NCBI GenBank assembly: GCA_965203805.1
Contig: OZ241917.1
Span: 2,080,001-2,144,000 of the forward strand
Direction of reading: 5' to 3'
DNA length: 64,000 nucleotides
From: Candidatus Latescibacterota bacterium
Lineage (GTDB): Bacteria; Latescibacterota; UBA2968; GCA-2709665
Part shown: piece by piece, positions 27,544-36,928 of the stretch
Numbering within the stretch: position 1 is the first letter of the stretch
How the letters are laid out: every line of letters begins with the position of its first letter
Made by a program: the position numbers and the translations under genes
Notes under the pieces: model-generated
Told to the model about the DNA's origin: nothing
The model's input: the letters and a program-made list of their open reading frames with translations, nothing else
Databases searched by the model: none

Positions 27544-30500
27544 ATGTCGCGTTGGCCCCTTCTATTCGGCATCTTGATGTTCACGTGCGGGAGTGCAGTG
27601 GGTCAGGAGTATTTCGGCAAGAACAAGGTAACGTATGACGATTACGACTGGCACTATCTGGAGACGGAGCATTTCAAGATTTATTTCGACAAGGTGTCGC
27701 AGCCTGCGGCGGAGTTTGCGGCGAAGGAGGCGGAGCGTGCGCTGGTGCGATTGGAGAAGGATCTGAAGTATACGCTGAAGGACCGGTATCCGATTGTGAT
27801 CTACAATTCTCACAACGGGTTTTCGGTGACGAACATCACGCCGACGGAGCAGTCGGAGTTCACGGGCGGGTTTACGGAGTTTGCGCAGGGTCGCGTGGTG
27901 ATCCCGTATACGGGATCGTATAGCGATTTCCGTCATGTGATCCACCACGAGTTGGCGCACGTGGTGACGCTGGAGATGTGGACGGGCGGCGGGTGGCTGG
28001 GCGCGATGATGACGCAGACGGCGTCGTTGCCGCCGTTGTGGATTGCGGAGGGAGTGGCGGAGTATTTATCGCAGGGGGGATGGGACCGCGAGGCGGACAA
28101 TTTCATGCGTCACGCGACGATCACGGGCTATGTGCCGGGGATGATGTCGTTGAGCGGCGCGTTTGCGTATAAGGGTGGGCAGTCGGTCTTCGTGATGATC
28201 GAGGAGGAGTATGGCAGGGACAAGGTGGCGGAGTTCATTTCGTCGTTTCGTTCTGCGCGATCGGTGGACAAGGCGCTGAAGGCGTCGGTGGGCGAGGGTG
28301 TGGAGGAGTTGGACGAGAAGTGGCAGTTGTGGTTGAAGCGTCAGTATTGGAACGAGATCAACCTGCACCATCCGTCGGAGGAGGTGGCGAAGCAGTTGAC
28401 GGAGGCGGGCGCGGGTCGGGGTTTTTACAATATCGCGCCGTCGTTTTCGCCACAGGGCGACAAGATCGCGTATGTGACGGAGCGTGAGGGGACGTTCGAC
28501 ATCTATCTGATGTCGGCGATCGACGGTCAGGATCTGGGCCGGTTGGTGGAGGGGGAGCGTTCGTCGGATTTCGAGGGGTTGTTCGTGCTGCGTCCGGGGA
28601 TCACGTGGTCGCCGGACGGGAAGCAGATCGCGTTTGCGGCGAAGTCGCACAACAAGAACACATTGTATACGCTGGACGTGCGGAAGAAGCGGGTGACGAA
28701 GCGTTTCAAGTTCGATCTGGACGGGTTGTTCGAGCCGACGTGGTCGCCCGACGGGAAAGAGATCGCGATCGTGGGGTTGAAGGACGGGTGGTCGGACGTG
28801 TATGTGGTGAACGTGGAGGACGAGGGTCTGCGGCGGATGACGCGTGACCCGTATGACGAGAAGCACCTGGACTGGTCGCCGGACGGGGAGTGGATCGCGA
28901 TCAGTTCGGACCGTCCCGTGGCGGATCTGGAATACGACGGGTCGAAGGACTTCACGTTCGGGACGTATGACGTGTTCGTGCTTCGCGCCGACGGCAGCGA
29001 GATCCGGCAGGTGGTGTCAAGCGAGGTGAACGACAGCCATCCCACGTGGGGGCCGGACTCAAAGACGCTGGCGTTCGTGTCGGACAGGACGGGGGTGGGC
29101 AACATCTACATCGCGCACGTGGACGGGTCGCAGATGTATCCGATCAGCAATCTGCTGTCGGGCGCGCGGTATATCGACTGGAGCGCGGACGGGAAGAAGC
29201 TGGCGTTCACGACGTTTCACCGCGGGGGCTATGACATCTTCGTGATGAAGGACCCGCCGAAGCAGAAGCGCGGGATGGAGGACCTGCCGCTGACGCGTTA
29301 CGCGAAGCGGCTGGCGGGCATCGAAGACCGGCCGTTCGTGGAGTTGCAGAAGGAACGCAGGCAGGAAGCCGCGGACGGCGGGGCGGCGCCCGACAGCGCG
29401 GTCGTGGCCGCAGCGGCAGAGGCCGACACGTCGGCGGCGACGGCGGACCGGAAGGTGGAGACGTGGATGTCGGACCAGATGGCGCTGGCGGCCGCCGAAG
29501 CGCGCGGCGCCGACGACGGGGAGGCTGCCAACGGCGACAGCCTGGAGACCGACGGCGACAGGGAACTGACGCTGCGAGACTGGAACAAGGCGTTCACGAT
29601 CAACAAATACCGCGTGAAACTCAAACCCGAATTCTTCGGGGCCAACGCGGGCTTCGACACCTTCTACGGTGTCAGCAGCCTGCTCCAGTTGTCGCTGACC
29701 GACGTGATGGGCGACCACCGCGTCGTCATACAGACCGGGTTGAGCTTCTCCCTCAAAGACAGCGACCTCTTCCTCGGATACCAGAACCTCAAGAACCAGA
29801 CCAACTACTACCTCAGCGCCATCCACACGCGCCTGTTCTTCTTCGACAGCGGTCAATTGAACGCCGATCGCTATATCGGCGCCGAAGCAAGCCTGGTTCG
29901 GCCGTTCAGCCGATTCAGCAGGTTGGAACTCGGCACACGCGGCATCAGAATTTCCCGTGAACGCCTGGAACGCGAACGATACGACAATCGCTGGGTACGG
30001 CGCGGCTTCACCGGCAGCAGCCTGCGCGGGCTTTCGGGCACCGAGGTCGATTCCCGGGGAGCCGTGGTTACCTACCTGGCCCTGGTCGACGACAACTCGC
30101 TGATGGGCGGTTTCGGCGCCGTGGACGGACGCCGGATGCGCTTTGGCGTTGAGGGAAGCTGGGCGGGAATGCGTTTTTCGGCGTTGAACGCGGATCTGCG
30201 ACAGTACCTGTTCACGCTTGGCGAATACACCTTCGCCTTGCGTCTGTCCGGAGGCACCAGCTTCGGCCCGAACAAGAGGATCTATTTCGTGGGGGGCGTC
30301 AACAACCCCGTGAACCCCAATTTCTCCACGTTTGCCAACGTGGACCAGGACCGGATATTCTTCTCCAGTTTCGTCTGGCCGCTTCGGGGCGTGGAACTGT
30401 TCGAGCTGGCGGGCGACTCATACGTGCTGGCCAATGCGGCGTTCCGTTTCCCGCTCATCCGGGAACTGGCCATGGGCTGGCCCCTGCCGCTCTTCTTCCA

Positions 30501-30795
30501 GAACGTCCAGGGTGAATTGTTCATGGATATCGGCGGCGCCTTCGAACGCGCCAGATGGAGAGACGGCTGGATCGCCCGCGACGGCGGCTTCGAACTCAAC
30601 GTGCCGCAGCACTTCCGCGACGGAAGGTCCAAGCACGGATTCGAGAAACCGCAGATGGCCGCGGGCTACGGATTCGGCGTACGGGTGAATCTTGGCTATT
30701 TCCTTTTCAGGTACGATCTTGCCTGGCCCACCGACTTTGCGCAGACCTACCATCCTCACCAGTATTTCTCAATTGACGTGACAGGACACTTTTAG
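27544..30795 (+). CDS. Omp85/BamA-TamA family barrel fused to a Zn-peptidase (MA-like) domain and PD40/TolB-like propeller
   Basis: FGKNKV, HHELAH...WIAEGVAEY, about six WSPDG repeats, barrel with PLRG motif, GFGVR...RYDLAWP and terminal Phe. Confidence 0.85.
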   Translation: MSRWPLLFGILMFTCGSAVGQEYFGKNKVTYDDYDWHYLETEHFKIYFDKVSQPAAEFAAKEAERALVRLEKDLKYTLKDRYPIVIYNSHNGFSVTNITPTEQSEFTGGFTEFAQGRVVIPYTGSYSDFRHVIHHELAHVVTLEMWTGGGWLGAMMTQTASLPPLWIAEGVAEYLSQGGWDREADNFMRHATITGYVPGMMSLSGAFAYKGGQSVFVMIEEEYGRDKVAEFISSFRSARSVDKALKASVGEGVEELDEKWQLWLKRQYWNEINLHHPSEEVAKQLTEAGAGRGFYNIAPSFSPQGDKIAYVTEREGTFDIYLMSAIDGQDLGRLVEGERSSDFEGLFVLRPGITWSPDGKQIAFAAKSHNKNTLYTLDVRKKRVTKRFKFDLDGLFEPTWSPDGKEIAIVGLKDGWSDVYVVNVEDEGLRRMTRDPYDEKHLDWSPDGEWIAISSDRPVADLEYDGSKDFTFGTYDVFVLRADGSEIRQVVSSEVNDSHPTWGPDSKTLAFVSDRTGVGNIYIAHVDGSQMYPISNLLSGARYIDWSADGKKLAFTTFHRGGYDIFVMKDPPKQKRGMEDLPLTRYAKRLAGIEDRPFVELQKERRQEAADGGAAPDSAVVAAAAEADTSAATADRKVETWMSDQMALAAAEARGADDGEAANGDSLETDGDRELTLRDWNKAFTINKYRVKLKPEFFGANAGFDTFYGVSSLLQLSLTDVMGDHRVVIQTGLSFSLKDSDLFLGYQNLKNQTNYYLSAIHTRLFFFDSGQLNADRYIGAEASLVRPFSRFSRLELGTRGIRISRERLERERYDNRWVRRGFTGSSLRGLSGTEVDSRGAVVTYLALVDDNSLMGGFGAVDGRRMRFGVEGSWAGMRFSALNADLRQYLFTLGEYTFALRLSGGTSFGPNKRIYFVGGVNNPVNPNFSTFANVDQDRIFFSSFVWPLRGVELFELAGDSYVLANAAFRFPLIRELAMGWPLPLFFQNVQGELFMDIGGAFERARWRDGWIARDGGFELNVPQHFRDGRSKHGFEKPQMAAGYGFGVRVNLGYFLFRYDLAWPTDFAQTYHPHQYFSIDVTGHF

Positions 30796-30903
30796 ATCCG
30801 GCAGGACGTCCGGGAGACCTGGACCGCCGCGTCATCCCGCTCCAGACCGTGCGGGATTGATTCACGGCGTGTCAGAACTCAGCGTATTGGGGGAAGTGGC
30901 AGA

Positions 30904-31212
30904 ATGGCGGCGAAGGTCCACTATCGGGAAGGATTGAGACTGATTTCAGCCGGCGACCTGCATGGGGCGTTCGAGATGTTTCACAGGTCGCTCGAGGAAG
31001 ACCCGGATTTCTACCTGGGTCACCTCGGTCTGGCGCAGGTACTGGACCGGCAGGGCAAAGTCGACGACGCCATTCGGCATGCCCGGGAAGCGATCCGTAT
31101 CGCTCCGGACGAACCGCTTGCCCACACGAGTCTTTCCAGGCTGTACCAGCAAAAGGGCCTGATCGACGAAGCGGAGGCGGAGATGGAGCTTTCCCGACGC
31201 TTACAACCTTGA
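30904..31212 (+). CDS. Small TPR protein
   Basis: Tandem TPR helices (DPDFYLGHLGLAQVL, APDEPLAHTSLSRLY). Confidence 0.75.
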   Translation: MAAKVHYREGLRLISAGDLHGAFEMFHRSLEEDPDFYLGHLGLAQVLDRQGKVDDAIRHAREAIRIAPDEPLAHTSLSRLYQQKGLIDEAEAEMELSRRLQP

Positions 31213-31239
31213 TTGCAGCGGTAATCGGGCGACGTTGGA

Positions 31240-31273
31240 CGGGTGCGGACATACGGTTCGCACCCGCTTTTTT
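31240..31273 (+). terminator. Rho-independent terminator
   Basis: CGGGTGCG-11 nt-CGCACCCG then CTTTTTT. Confidence 0.7.
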
Positions 31274-31354
31274 GTGTGGATCGCTTTCCTCTTACTTCGA
31301 AATCCCTGAGTGTCCTGGCGATCTTCAGGAATAGGCAAATCGCGGTCATCGACC

Positions 31355-32482
31355 TTAATTCAGGTCCAACGTAACCGCATATTTTTCAATCGTACCGATG
31401 TGTTTGTCCGCAACTCCCATACGGGGCGGTCTCCAAATGAATATGGATTCCTGCGCGGCGGTGATGGCTCCCATCGGCACACCGTCGTGGTCGGGGAATC
31501 GCTGAAGGAGTACACTCGTAACGTCATCCAAATCGAATACATCGTACGGCCCAGACGGTTTTATCATATAGACTACCCAGTCATCCATTCCAGATTCTGG
31601 GTGGTAGTACGAGACGAATAGATATTGATCCGCAACCAATGTCATAGATTCTACAAGGGTAATATGCAGTTGTCTCAATTCGTCGGAGGTTCCACGCCCA
31701 ATATGGTGGTAGCGATCAGGCAACGCAACATATCCTTTCGGGCGCCGGCCGAATTTTGCCGTAATCTCACCTGTTACCGCATCGATCTCTTTGACCATGT
31801 AGTCATTCGGGCCAAGATAATAAAACACCTGTAATGAAGCATTATAGCACAACCTCGCGAATGGCCTCACCCGAAACGACACAAAACTCTGTTTTGAATC
31901 GGAAAGCGGTGTGCGACTTAAAACTCCCCACGTCGCCGGGTCTCGTCTCTGTAATTCCAGGATAAGACTTGAGTTTACCTGTAGAAAAAACAATTCTCCC
32001 TTGCGACCGGCATGAATCTTCGATACGCCGATAGATTGGGTCCGATCCAAGAATCGGCCTTCGCGACCATACCGGAGGACCTGCCCTCCAACCCCATCAA
32101 GGAGATAGACCCTGCCCTCAGGATCCATCGTCATATCGTAAACCGATAAATGCTCCCCGGGACCTCTACCTGTACGCCCGAATGAGCGAATGTACTTTTC
32201 GTCCCGGTAGTTGATTTCGTGCGCCTGATGGGTTTCACGGTCGGTAATCATCAAGGTGCCTTCAGATGAAAAACCCATCCACTTAACATGCCCAATCCCA
32301 GGCATGTCCTCATCAAACAAAAGCTCGACCGTTTCTCGCAATTCAAGCGCCGCTTTCCCTGCATATCGCAGTGGCCTTTCGGGAACGCGCTCTTCATCCG
32401 GAATCCCTTCCACAACGCGTTCCCCTCCACACCCGGCAACAGTACCCACGATGAGCGCCCCGGCGATCAGAAAGACGCGCAT
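31355..32482 (-). CDS. 6-bladed beta-propeller lipoprotein
   Basis: Lipobox VAGC from ATG 32482; FGRTGRGPGE motif; visibly lower GC than its neighbours. The ORF-track N-terminal extension is translated repeat DNA. Confidence 0.7.
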   Translation of the reverse strand: MRVFLIAGALIVGTVAGCGGERVVEGIPDEERVPERPLRYAGKAALELRETVELLFDEDMPGIGHVKWMGFSSEGTLMITDRETHQAHEINYRDEKYIRSFGRTGRGPGEHLSVYDMTMDPEGRVYLLDGVGGQVLRYGREGRFLDRTQSIGVSKIHAGRKGELFFLQVNSSLILELQRRDPATWGVLSRTPLSDSKQSFVSFRVRPFARLCYNASLQVFYYLGPNDYMVKEIDAVTGEITAKFGRRPKGYVALPDRYHHIGRGTSDELRQLHITLVESMTLVADQYLFVSYYHPESGMDDWVVYMIKPSGPYDVFDLDDVTSVLLQRFPDHDGVPMGAITAAQESIFIWRPPRMGVADKHIGTIEKYAVTLDLN

Positions 32483-32554
32483 AGGAAAAATCGAGCTCGA
32501 ATTAGCGTAGGCACGAATCATAGTCATTGCTGTCAGAGTCGCCTTTCCCGGGAT

Positions 32555-32822
32555 CGAGGGCATCCCTGCCCTCGACGGCGAATTGGACTCGGTTCGAGGG
32601 ATGTCACTCCGGATGTGGTTTCGGATGGATGGGAAGCAATTGGCCCCTGGTGTGGAAATTCGTCGGTTGCTCGAAGTTCGAGGGCAGGGATGCCCTCGCT
32701 CCGGATACTGGTGGATCCTGAACTGATGCAGGGCGAGATGGACTCGGTTCGAGGGATGTCGGATCGGTTGTTCCGTCGCATCCAACGAACTGGTATCGGA
32801 TGCACAGGAAGCAATGGCCCTT
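32555..32822. repeat. REP doublet plus degenerate direct duplication
   Basis: CGAGGGCA-TCCC-TGCCCTCG (32555) and its inverted copy (32679); TGGACTCGGTTCGAGGGATGTC at 32584 and 32739; GGAAGCAAT(T)GGCCC at 32632 and 32807. Confidence 0.8.
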
Positions 32823-32861
32823 GATGCAGTTCCGTTCAGTTTCATGAATTACTCAGGATAG

Positions 32862-33878
32862 TCAGGCCGACTCAACCGCGCTCAATCGACGAGCGAGAAG
32901 GATGCGGATCAAACCGGGGCCTCCGGCAACCAGATAGGTCACGAAAGCGAGGCCGTGCATAACGGTCGCGTAAGCGAGGGCATCCGTGAGTGGCACGTCG
33001 TATACCGCGTTGAGCGTCTGACTGCAGAAATAATGGTAGGTGCCGGTTCCGCCGGGGGTGGGGATGATTACGCCGATGGTGGAGATGACCAGGACAACGA
33101 CGGCATCGAAAAAGCCGAGTTCGTACCGGGTCGGGAACCCGAACGCGAAGAACGCGGCGTAGGCAGTGAAGATATAGGCAAGGTTGAGCAGGATGCTCGC
33201 CACGAGGATGCCGGTATAGTCCGATGTCGCATGAACGCCGCCCAGTCCCTGAAACAGCGATCGGAGAATCCCGGTCAGCCGGTCAGCCATCGATCGGGAG
33301 ACCCATCGGACAGGCAGACGCATTACGGCCAATGCGCGATCGCCGTAGACCGACAGAAGCCCGAATAGAACGAGAATGCCCACCGTAGCCGTCAGTGCCA
33401 GGAGCGCGACCCCCTCCATCCAGGGGAATGCCGTGACAATTTCGACTCTGTAAAGATAGAGGACGCCGCCCAGGAAGATGAGGAGGACCAGCATGTCGAT
33501 GGTCCGTTCGACGAGAATCGTTGCGAGAATACCGCTCAACGGCAGGCGTTCATCCTTTTGAAGCGCGACCCCGCGCGCGATTTCCCCGGCACGGGAAATG
33601 ACATTGGTGGCCGCGTAACCCACGAGAATGGCGTGGCTGGCAGACAGGAAGGAAATCCGTTGACTGACGGGTTTCAAAAGGATCTGCCAGCGCCATGCGC
33701 GCGGGAGAATAGAGAGAACCAGCAGAAAAACGCTTAAAACGAGCCACGAAACCCTGGCCTGACTCAAGGCAGACCACAGTTCTACCGGCGCGACGCCGTG
33801 AAAGGCCAACCACAGAAACCCCGCGGCAAGCGCCACGCCGAGGGAAAATTTAAGCAGTGTCTTTATGATTCGAGGCAA
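32862..33878 (-). CDS. Lysylphosphatidylglycerol synthase TM-region / flippase-like membrane protein (UPF0104)
   Basis: RAWRWQILL, RAGEIAR, ATILVERTID and PTPGGTGTYH motifs. Confidence 0.85.
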   Translation of the reverse strand: MPRIIKTLLKFSLGVALAAGFLWLAFHGVAPVELWSALSQARVSWLVLSVFLLVLSILPRAWRWQILLKPVSQRISFLSASHAILVGYAATNVISRAGEIARGVALQKDERLPLSGILATILVERTIDMLVLLIFLGGVLYLYRVEIVTAFPWMEGVALLALTATVGILVLFGLLSVYGDRALAVMRLPVRWVSRSMADRLTGILRSLFQGLGGVHATSDYTGILVASILLNLAYIFTAYAAFFAFGFPTRYELGFFDAVVVLVISTIGVIIPTPGGTGTYHYFCSQTLNAVYDVPLTDALAYATVMHGLAFVTYLVAGGPGLIRILLARRLSAVESA

Positions 33879-33891
33879 AAGGGCTCTCGTT

Positions 33892-34785
33892 TCAGTAACC
33901 GAATCTGCGCAGGACCTGTTCCTTTTTCCGCCAGTTCCGGTGAACCTTCACGCGAAGGTCCAGATAAATCGGTGCGTTCAGGAACGCCTCTATCTTGCCT
34001 CGCGCGTTCTTACCGATGGATTTGAGTGTATTTCCATTTGCGCCGATGACAATACCCTTCTGGGACTGTCGTTCAACGACGATACTGGCGCACACATAGG
34101 AACGGGGACTGCCCTCGCGAAATGTCTCCACCTTGACCGCCGCGGCGTAGGGCAATTCCTGCCGGAGTTGCAGGAAAATCTCCTCACGGATGAGTTCGGC
34201 CACGAAGAATCGTTCGGGGTGCTCGGTGAGCATGTCTTCCGGGTAATATTCGGGTCCTGCCGGCAGCGCCTGCTCGAGACTGGCATTGAGCCTTTCGATG
34301 TTGTAGCCGGACCGGGCGGAAACCGGCAGAATTTCCTGGACCGCGGCCTCTTTCCTGACGGTATCGACACACTGCTGCATCCGGGCGGTGGAAACCAGGT
34401 CTGTTTTGTTCACCGCGACAATGCGCGGGCTCCGCACCCTGCGAAGGATGTCACGAACCTCCTCGTCGAAAGTGGCACTGAAGTCGGAGGCGTCGATTAC
34501 ACCGAGAAATACATCCGCGTCGCTTATCGAACGCCTTATGTGATCGCTCATTCGCTCGTGCAGTCCACGGCGGGGCCGTAACAATCCCGGGGTATCCAGA
34601 AAGATCATCTGAGACGTACGGGACGTAAGGATGCCCAATATCCGATGCCGCGTGGTCTGAGGTTTTTCGGTCACTATGGACAGGCGTTCGCCTACGAGCA
34701 GGTTGAACAGCGTGGATTTGCCCACGTTGGGTTTGCCGGCGATGACGATGTATCCGGATCTGAAATCGGACGTGATTCGCATCAC
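33892..34785 (-). CDS. era: GTPase Era
   Basis: GKPNVGKS, PQTTR, DTPG, NKTD, ELPY and KH-domain IVIGANG. Confidence 0.95.
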   Translation of the reverse strand: MMRITSDFRSGYIVIAGKPNVGKSTLFNLLVGERLSIVTEKPQTTRHRILGILTSRTSQMIFLDTPGLLRPRRGLHERMSDHIRRSISDADVFLGVIDASDFSATFDEEVRDILRRVRSPRIVAVNKTDLVSTARMQQCVDTVRKEAAVQEILPVSARSGYNIERLNASLEQALPAGPEYYPEDMLTEHPERFFVAELIREEIFLQLRQELPYAAAVKVETFREGSPRSYVCASIVVERQSQKGIVIGANGNTLKSIGKNARGKIEAFLNAPIYLDLRVKVHRNWRKKEQVLRRFGY

Positions 34786-34809
34786 CCCTTTAACTAAGAA
34801 TATAAACTC

Positions 34810-35372
34810 ACATGGATGGACAGGATGAACAGGATAAAGGCAAAAAGCGAAAGAAAACGAACTTCAGAAACTACGAAACACGATCAGGATTTACAGAATT
34901 AACAGAATTAGAAACCAGGAGCAGGATGAAAATCGAAGAGCGAGACAAAGGCACGAGAAAACCAACATCAGAAACTACGAAACACACAAAAAAACAAACA
35001 ACGCAGACGACAAAACACGCGAAAAAACGAAAAGCGCGAGAAAACGATTAACAGCAGGGAATCGATTTACCATAGACCGCACGTCATCATAGCGAACACC
35101 CTGAAACCCCAACATAACACGGGCCAAACCGATTCCGGACGCTTCAAGGTTTTCGATATATTCTCCGCTAATGTTGTTGAAAATCAACCGATTATGCAAC
35201 AAACCCGCCGGTTTTCATGGATATTTGAGGATTTGGTTTTTTCCGAATTTTGCTTTTCATCCTGCCTATCCTGTGTATCCATGTCTGGCGTCGTTTGCAG
35301 CCATACGGCGAAGGTCACCAACTGCAATTGACAGGATGGACAGGATGAAAACCGAAAAGCGCGAGAAAACGG
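34810..35372. repeat. Composite repeat element bounded by inverted 9-mer arms
   Basis: Left arm 34810-34838; inverted arm about 35256-35285; further ACAGGAT/ACAGAAT units; CAGAAACTACGAAACAC twice; AAGCGCGAGAAAACG twice; AATCAACCGATTA at 35182-35194. Confidence 0.85.
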
Positions 35373-35396
35373 AGAATTTTCGTGAATGATTCACGT

Positions 35397-36344
35397 TCAG
35401 AAATACAATGAACCCGAGATGCGGTAGGTATTGTCCAATTCGCCGTGCTCGAGAAAGGCGAGGTCGAAAGCAACGCGCCCTCGAAGCCGGACGCCCGCGC
35501 CCGCGGTAAAGTGACTTCCCCTTGCGCCAAGGCGGAAGGCCAACGTGTTCCGGTACAGGTATTCCACGCCAATCCGCACACCCTGGAAACGGTCTGCCTC
35601 CGATTCTTCCTCACCGATGTTCAAACTCCCGCTGCAGGTGATCCGTCCGTCAATCGCCGGGACCGGCCGCGCGAGCGCCAGGCCTATGACAAGGACCGGG
35701 GGAACCCGGTCCGTCGAGCCCGTGTCGAAGGTGATCTTCATGGGGATGAGATTGCGAATCTTCATGCCGGCGGTCAGGCCGGGCCGGGGCACATACAGCA
35801 TCCCTAAATCAATACCGAAACCCGATCCTGTGCCCGTCCCCAGCCTTCGCGACACGAGCTTCACGCCGGCGCCGGCGAACAGATTCGACCTCAGGCCTCG
35901 GCCGAAGCCCAGGTGAAGGTGGTATTCGGTTGCACCGACGACACGAGTGACGACGGGCCGGTTATCCGGACCCGGCGAAAGCGTCGGGTCCTCGAGGGTC
36001 GTGAGCTTGACGCCGTCGACGCCGAGGCGTGTCAGGCCGACGCCGAAGCCGCCGAGCGTAGAGGGGACGCACACCGTGAAGACGTCATGTTTGACCGTAC
36101 CGCCGAACTGTTCGGCGTGCTGGATCTGCAATTCTCTCTGACGGAGTCTGTGAAGGCCCGCGGGATTCCAGTATATGGCGGTTGCATCGTCACTCACGGC
36201 CACAAACGCGCTTCCCATCCCCAGCGGTCTTGCGCCAGCGCCCAGCAGCAGAGGGTCTTCCGAGTATCGCGTTTCGTTCTGCGCGGGAACGGGCGCCGGC
36301 CTCGACAGGGCCAGCATCAGTATTGTCAGGAGAAACGGCTTCAC
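35397..36344 (-). CDS. Second PorV/PorQ family barrel
   Basis: LLLGAGARPLGMGSAFVAVSDDATAIYWNPAGL, GFGIDLG, LAFRLG and terminal YF. Confidence 0.85.
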   Translation of the reverse strand: MKPFLLTILMLALSRPAPVPAQNETRYSEDPLLLGAGARPLGMGSAFVAVSDDATAIYWNPAGLHRLRQRELQIQHAEQFGGTVKHDVFTVCVPSTLGGFGVGLTRLGVDGVKLTTLEDPTLSPGPDNRPVVTRVVGATEYHLHLGFGRGLRSNLFAGAGVKLVSRRLGTGTGSGFGIDLGMLYVPRPGLTAGMKIRNLIPMKITFDTGSTDRVPPVLVIGLALARPVPAIDGRITCSGSLNIGEEESEADRFQGVRIGVEYLYRNTLAFRLGARGSHFTAGAGVRLRGRVAFDLAFLEHGELDNTYRISGSLYF

Positions 36345-36928
36345 GGAGAGGGCTCGCGGGGCGTGGTTTCGGCGCAGGGAACGAGTATGGCGACGCTCCC
36401 CGGCTGGAGCGCGGAACCCAGGGCTTTGATGTGCGATGAATCGAGGACGATGGCGCCGGAGTTTGAAGGAAGGGGAAATTCGGTCGGCTGAATGAGCAGG
36501 GAAGGAGAAAAATAGAGCCTGGAACGAGCGCGGGGACCCTCGATCAGCCGGCCGCTGAAGTCGAGCGGTAAACGGCGGCCACGAAGCCGTAGTCCGGGAT
36601 TCCCGGGCTCGACGCTTACCGGATCGAGCCGGGCGATCATCCGGAGTTGGGAAGACGATAGGGGCAATGCTCCCGTAAATCGATATTCCTTGATGGCGCA
36701 GGCCCTGAGGATGTGGGCGCCGGCTTTCAGATAAACCTTGCGGGACGGCAGATCGATTACGAGATAGTAGGCGTTCGGGTCTTTTTGCGCGAACTGAAGT
36801 TCAAGTTCCAGGGCCTGTTTTCTGTGCCGGAGCGCCTGTTCGAGCGAGTCGGGCACGCTCTCGCCGCCTGCCGAGGGGGACGGTATGGATACGGCGAATG
36901 GGATGGCAACGAGAACAGAGAGGATCAA
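36341..36928 (-). CDS. L,D-transpeptidase-like protein lacking the catalytic His/Cys
   Basis: TTG start overlaps the upstream TGA; signal peptide; YLVIDLPSRKVYLK strand; SGAIVL aligns where HGCIRL is expected. Confidence 0.55.
   Translation of the reverse strand: MILSVLVAIPFAVSIPSPSAGGESVPDSLEQALRHRKQALELELQFAQKDPNAYYLVIDLPSRKVYLKAGAHILRACAIKEYRFTGALPLSSSQLRMIARLDPVSVEPGNPGLRLRGRRLPLDFSGRLIEGPRARSRLYFSPSLLIQPTEFPLPSNSGAIVLDSSHIKALGSALQPGSVAILVPCAETTPREPSP

Noticed and set aside
32555-32822. Possible CRISPR array
   Set aside because: Only two copies of each unit, irregular spacing and no cas genes.
34812-35051. 79-aa Lys/Thr-rich ORF MDGQDEQDK...
   Set aside because: Translation of the periodic repeat; related MDRMNRI/MDRMK peptides arise at other copies.
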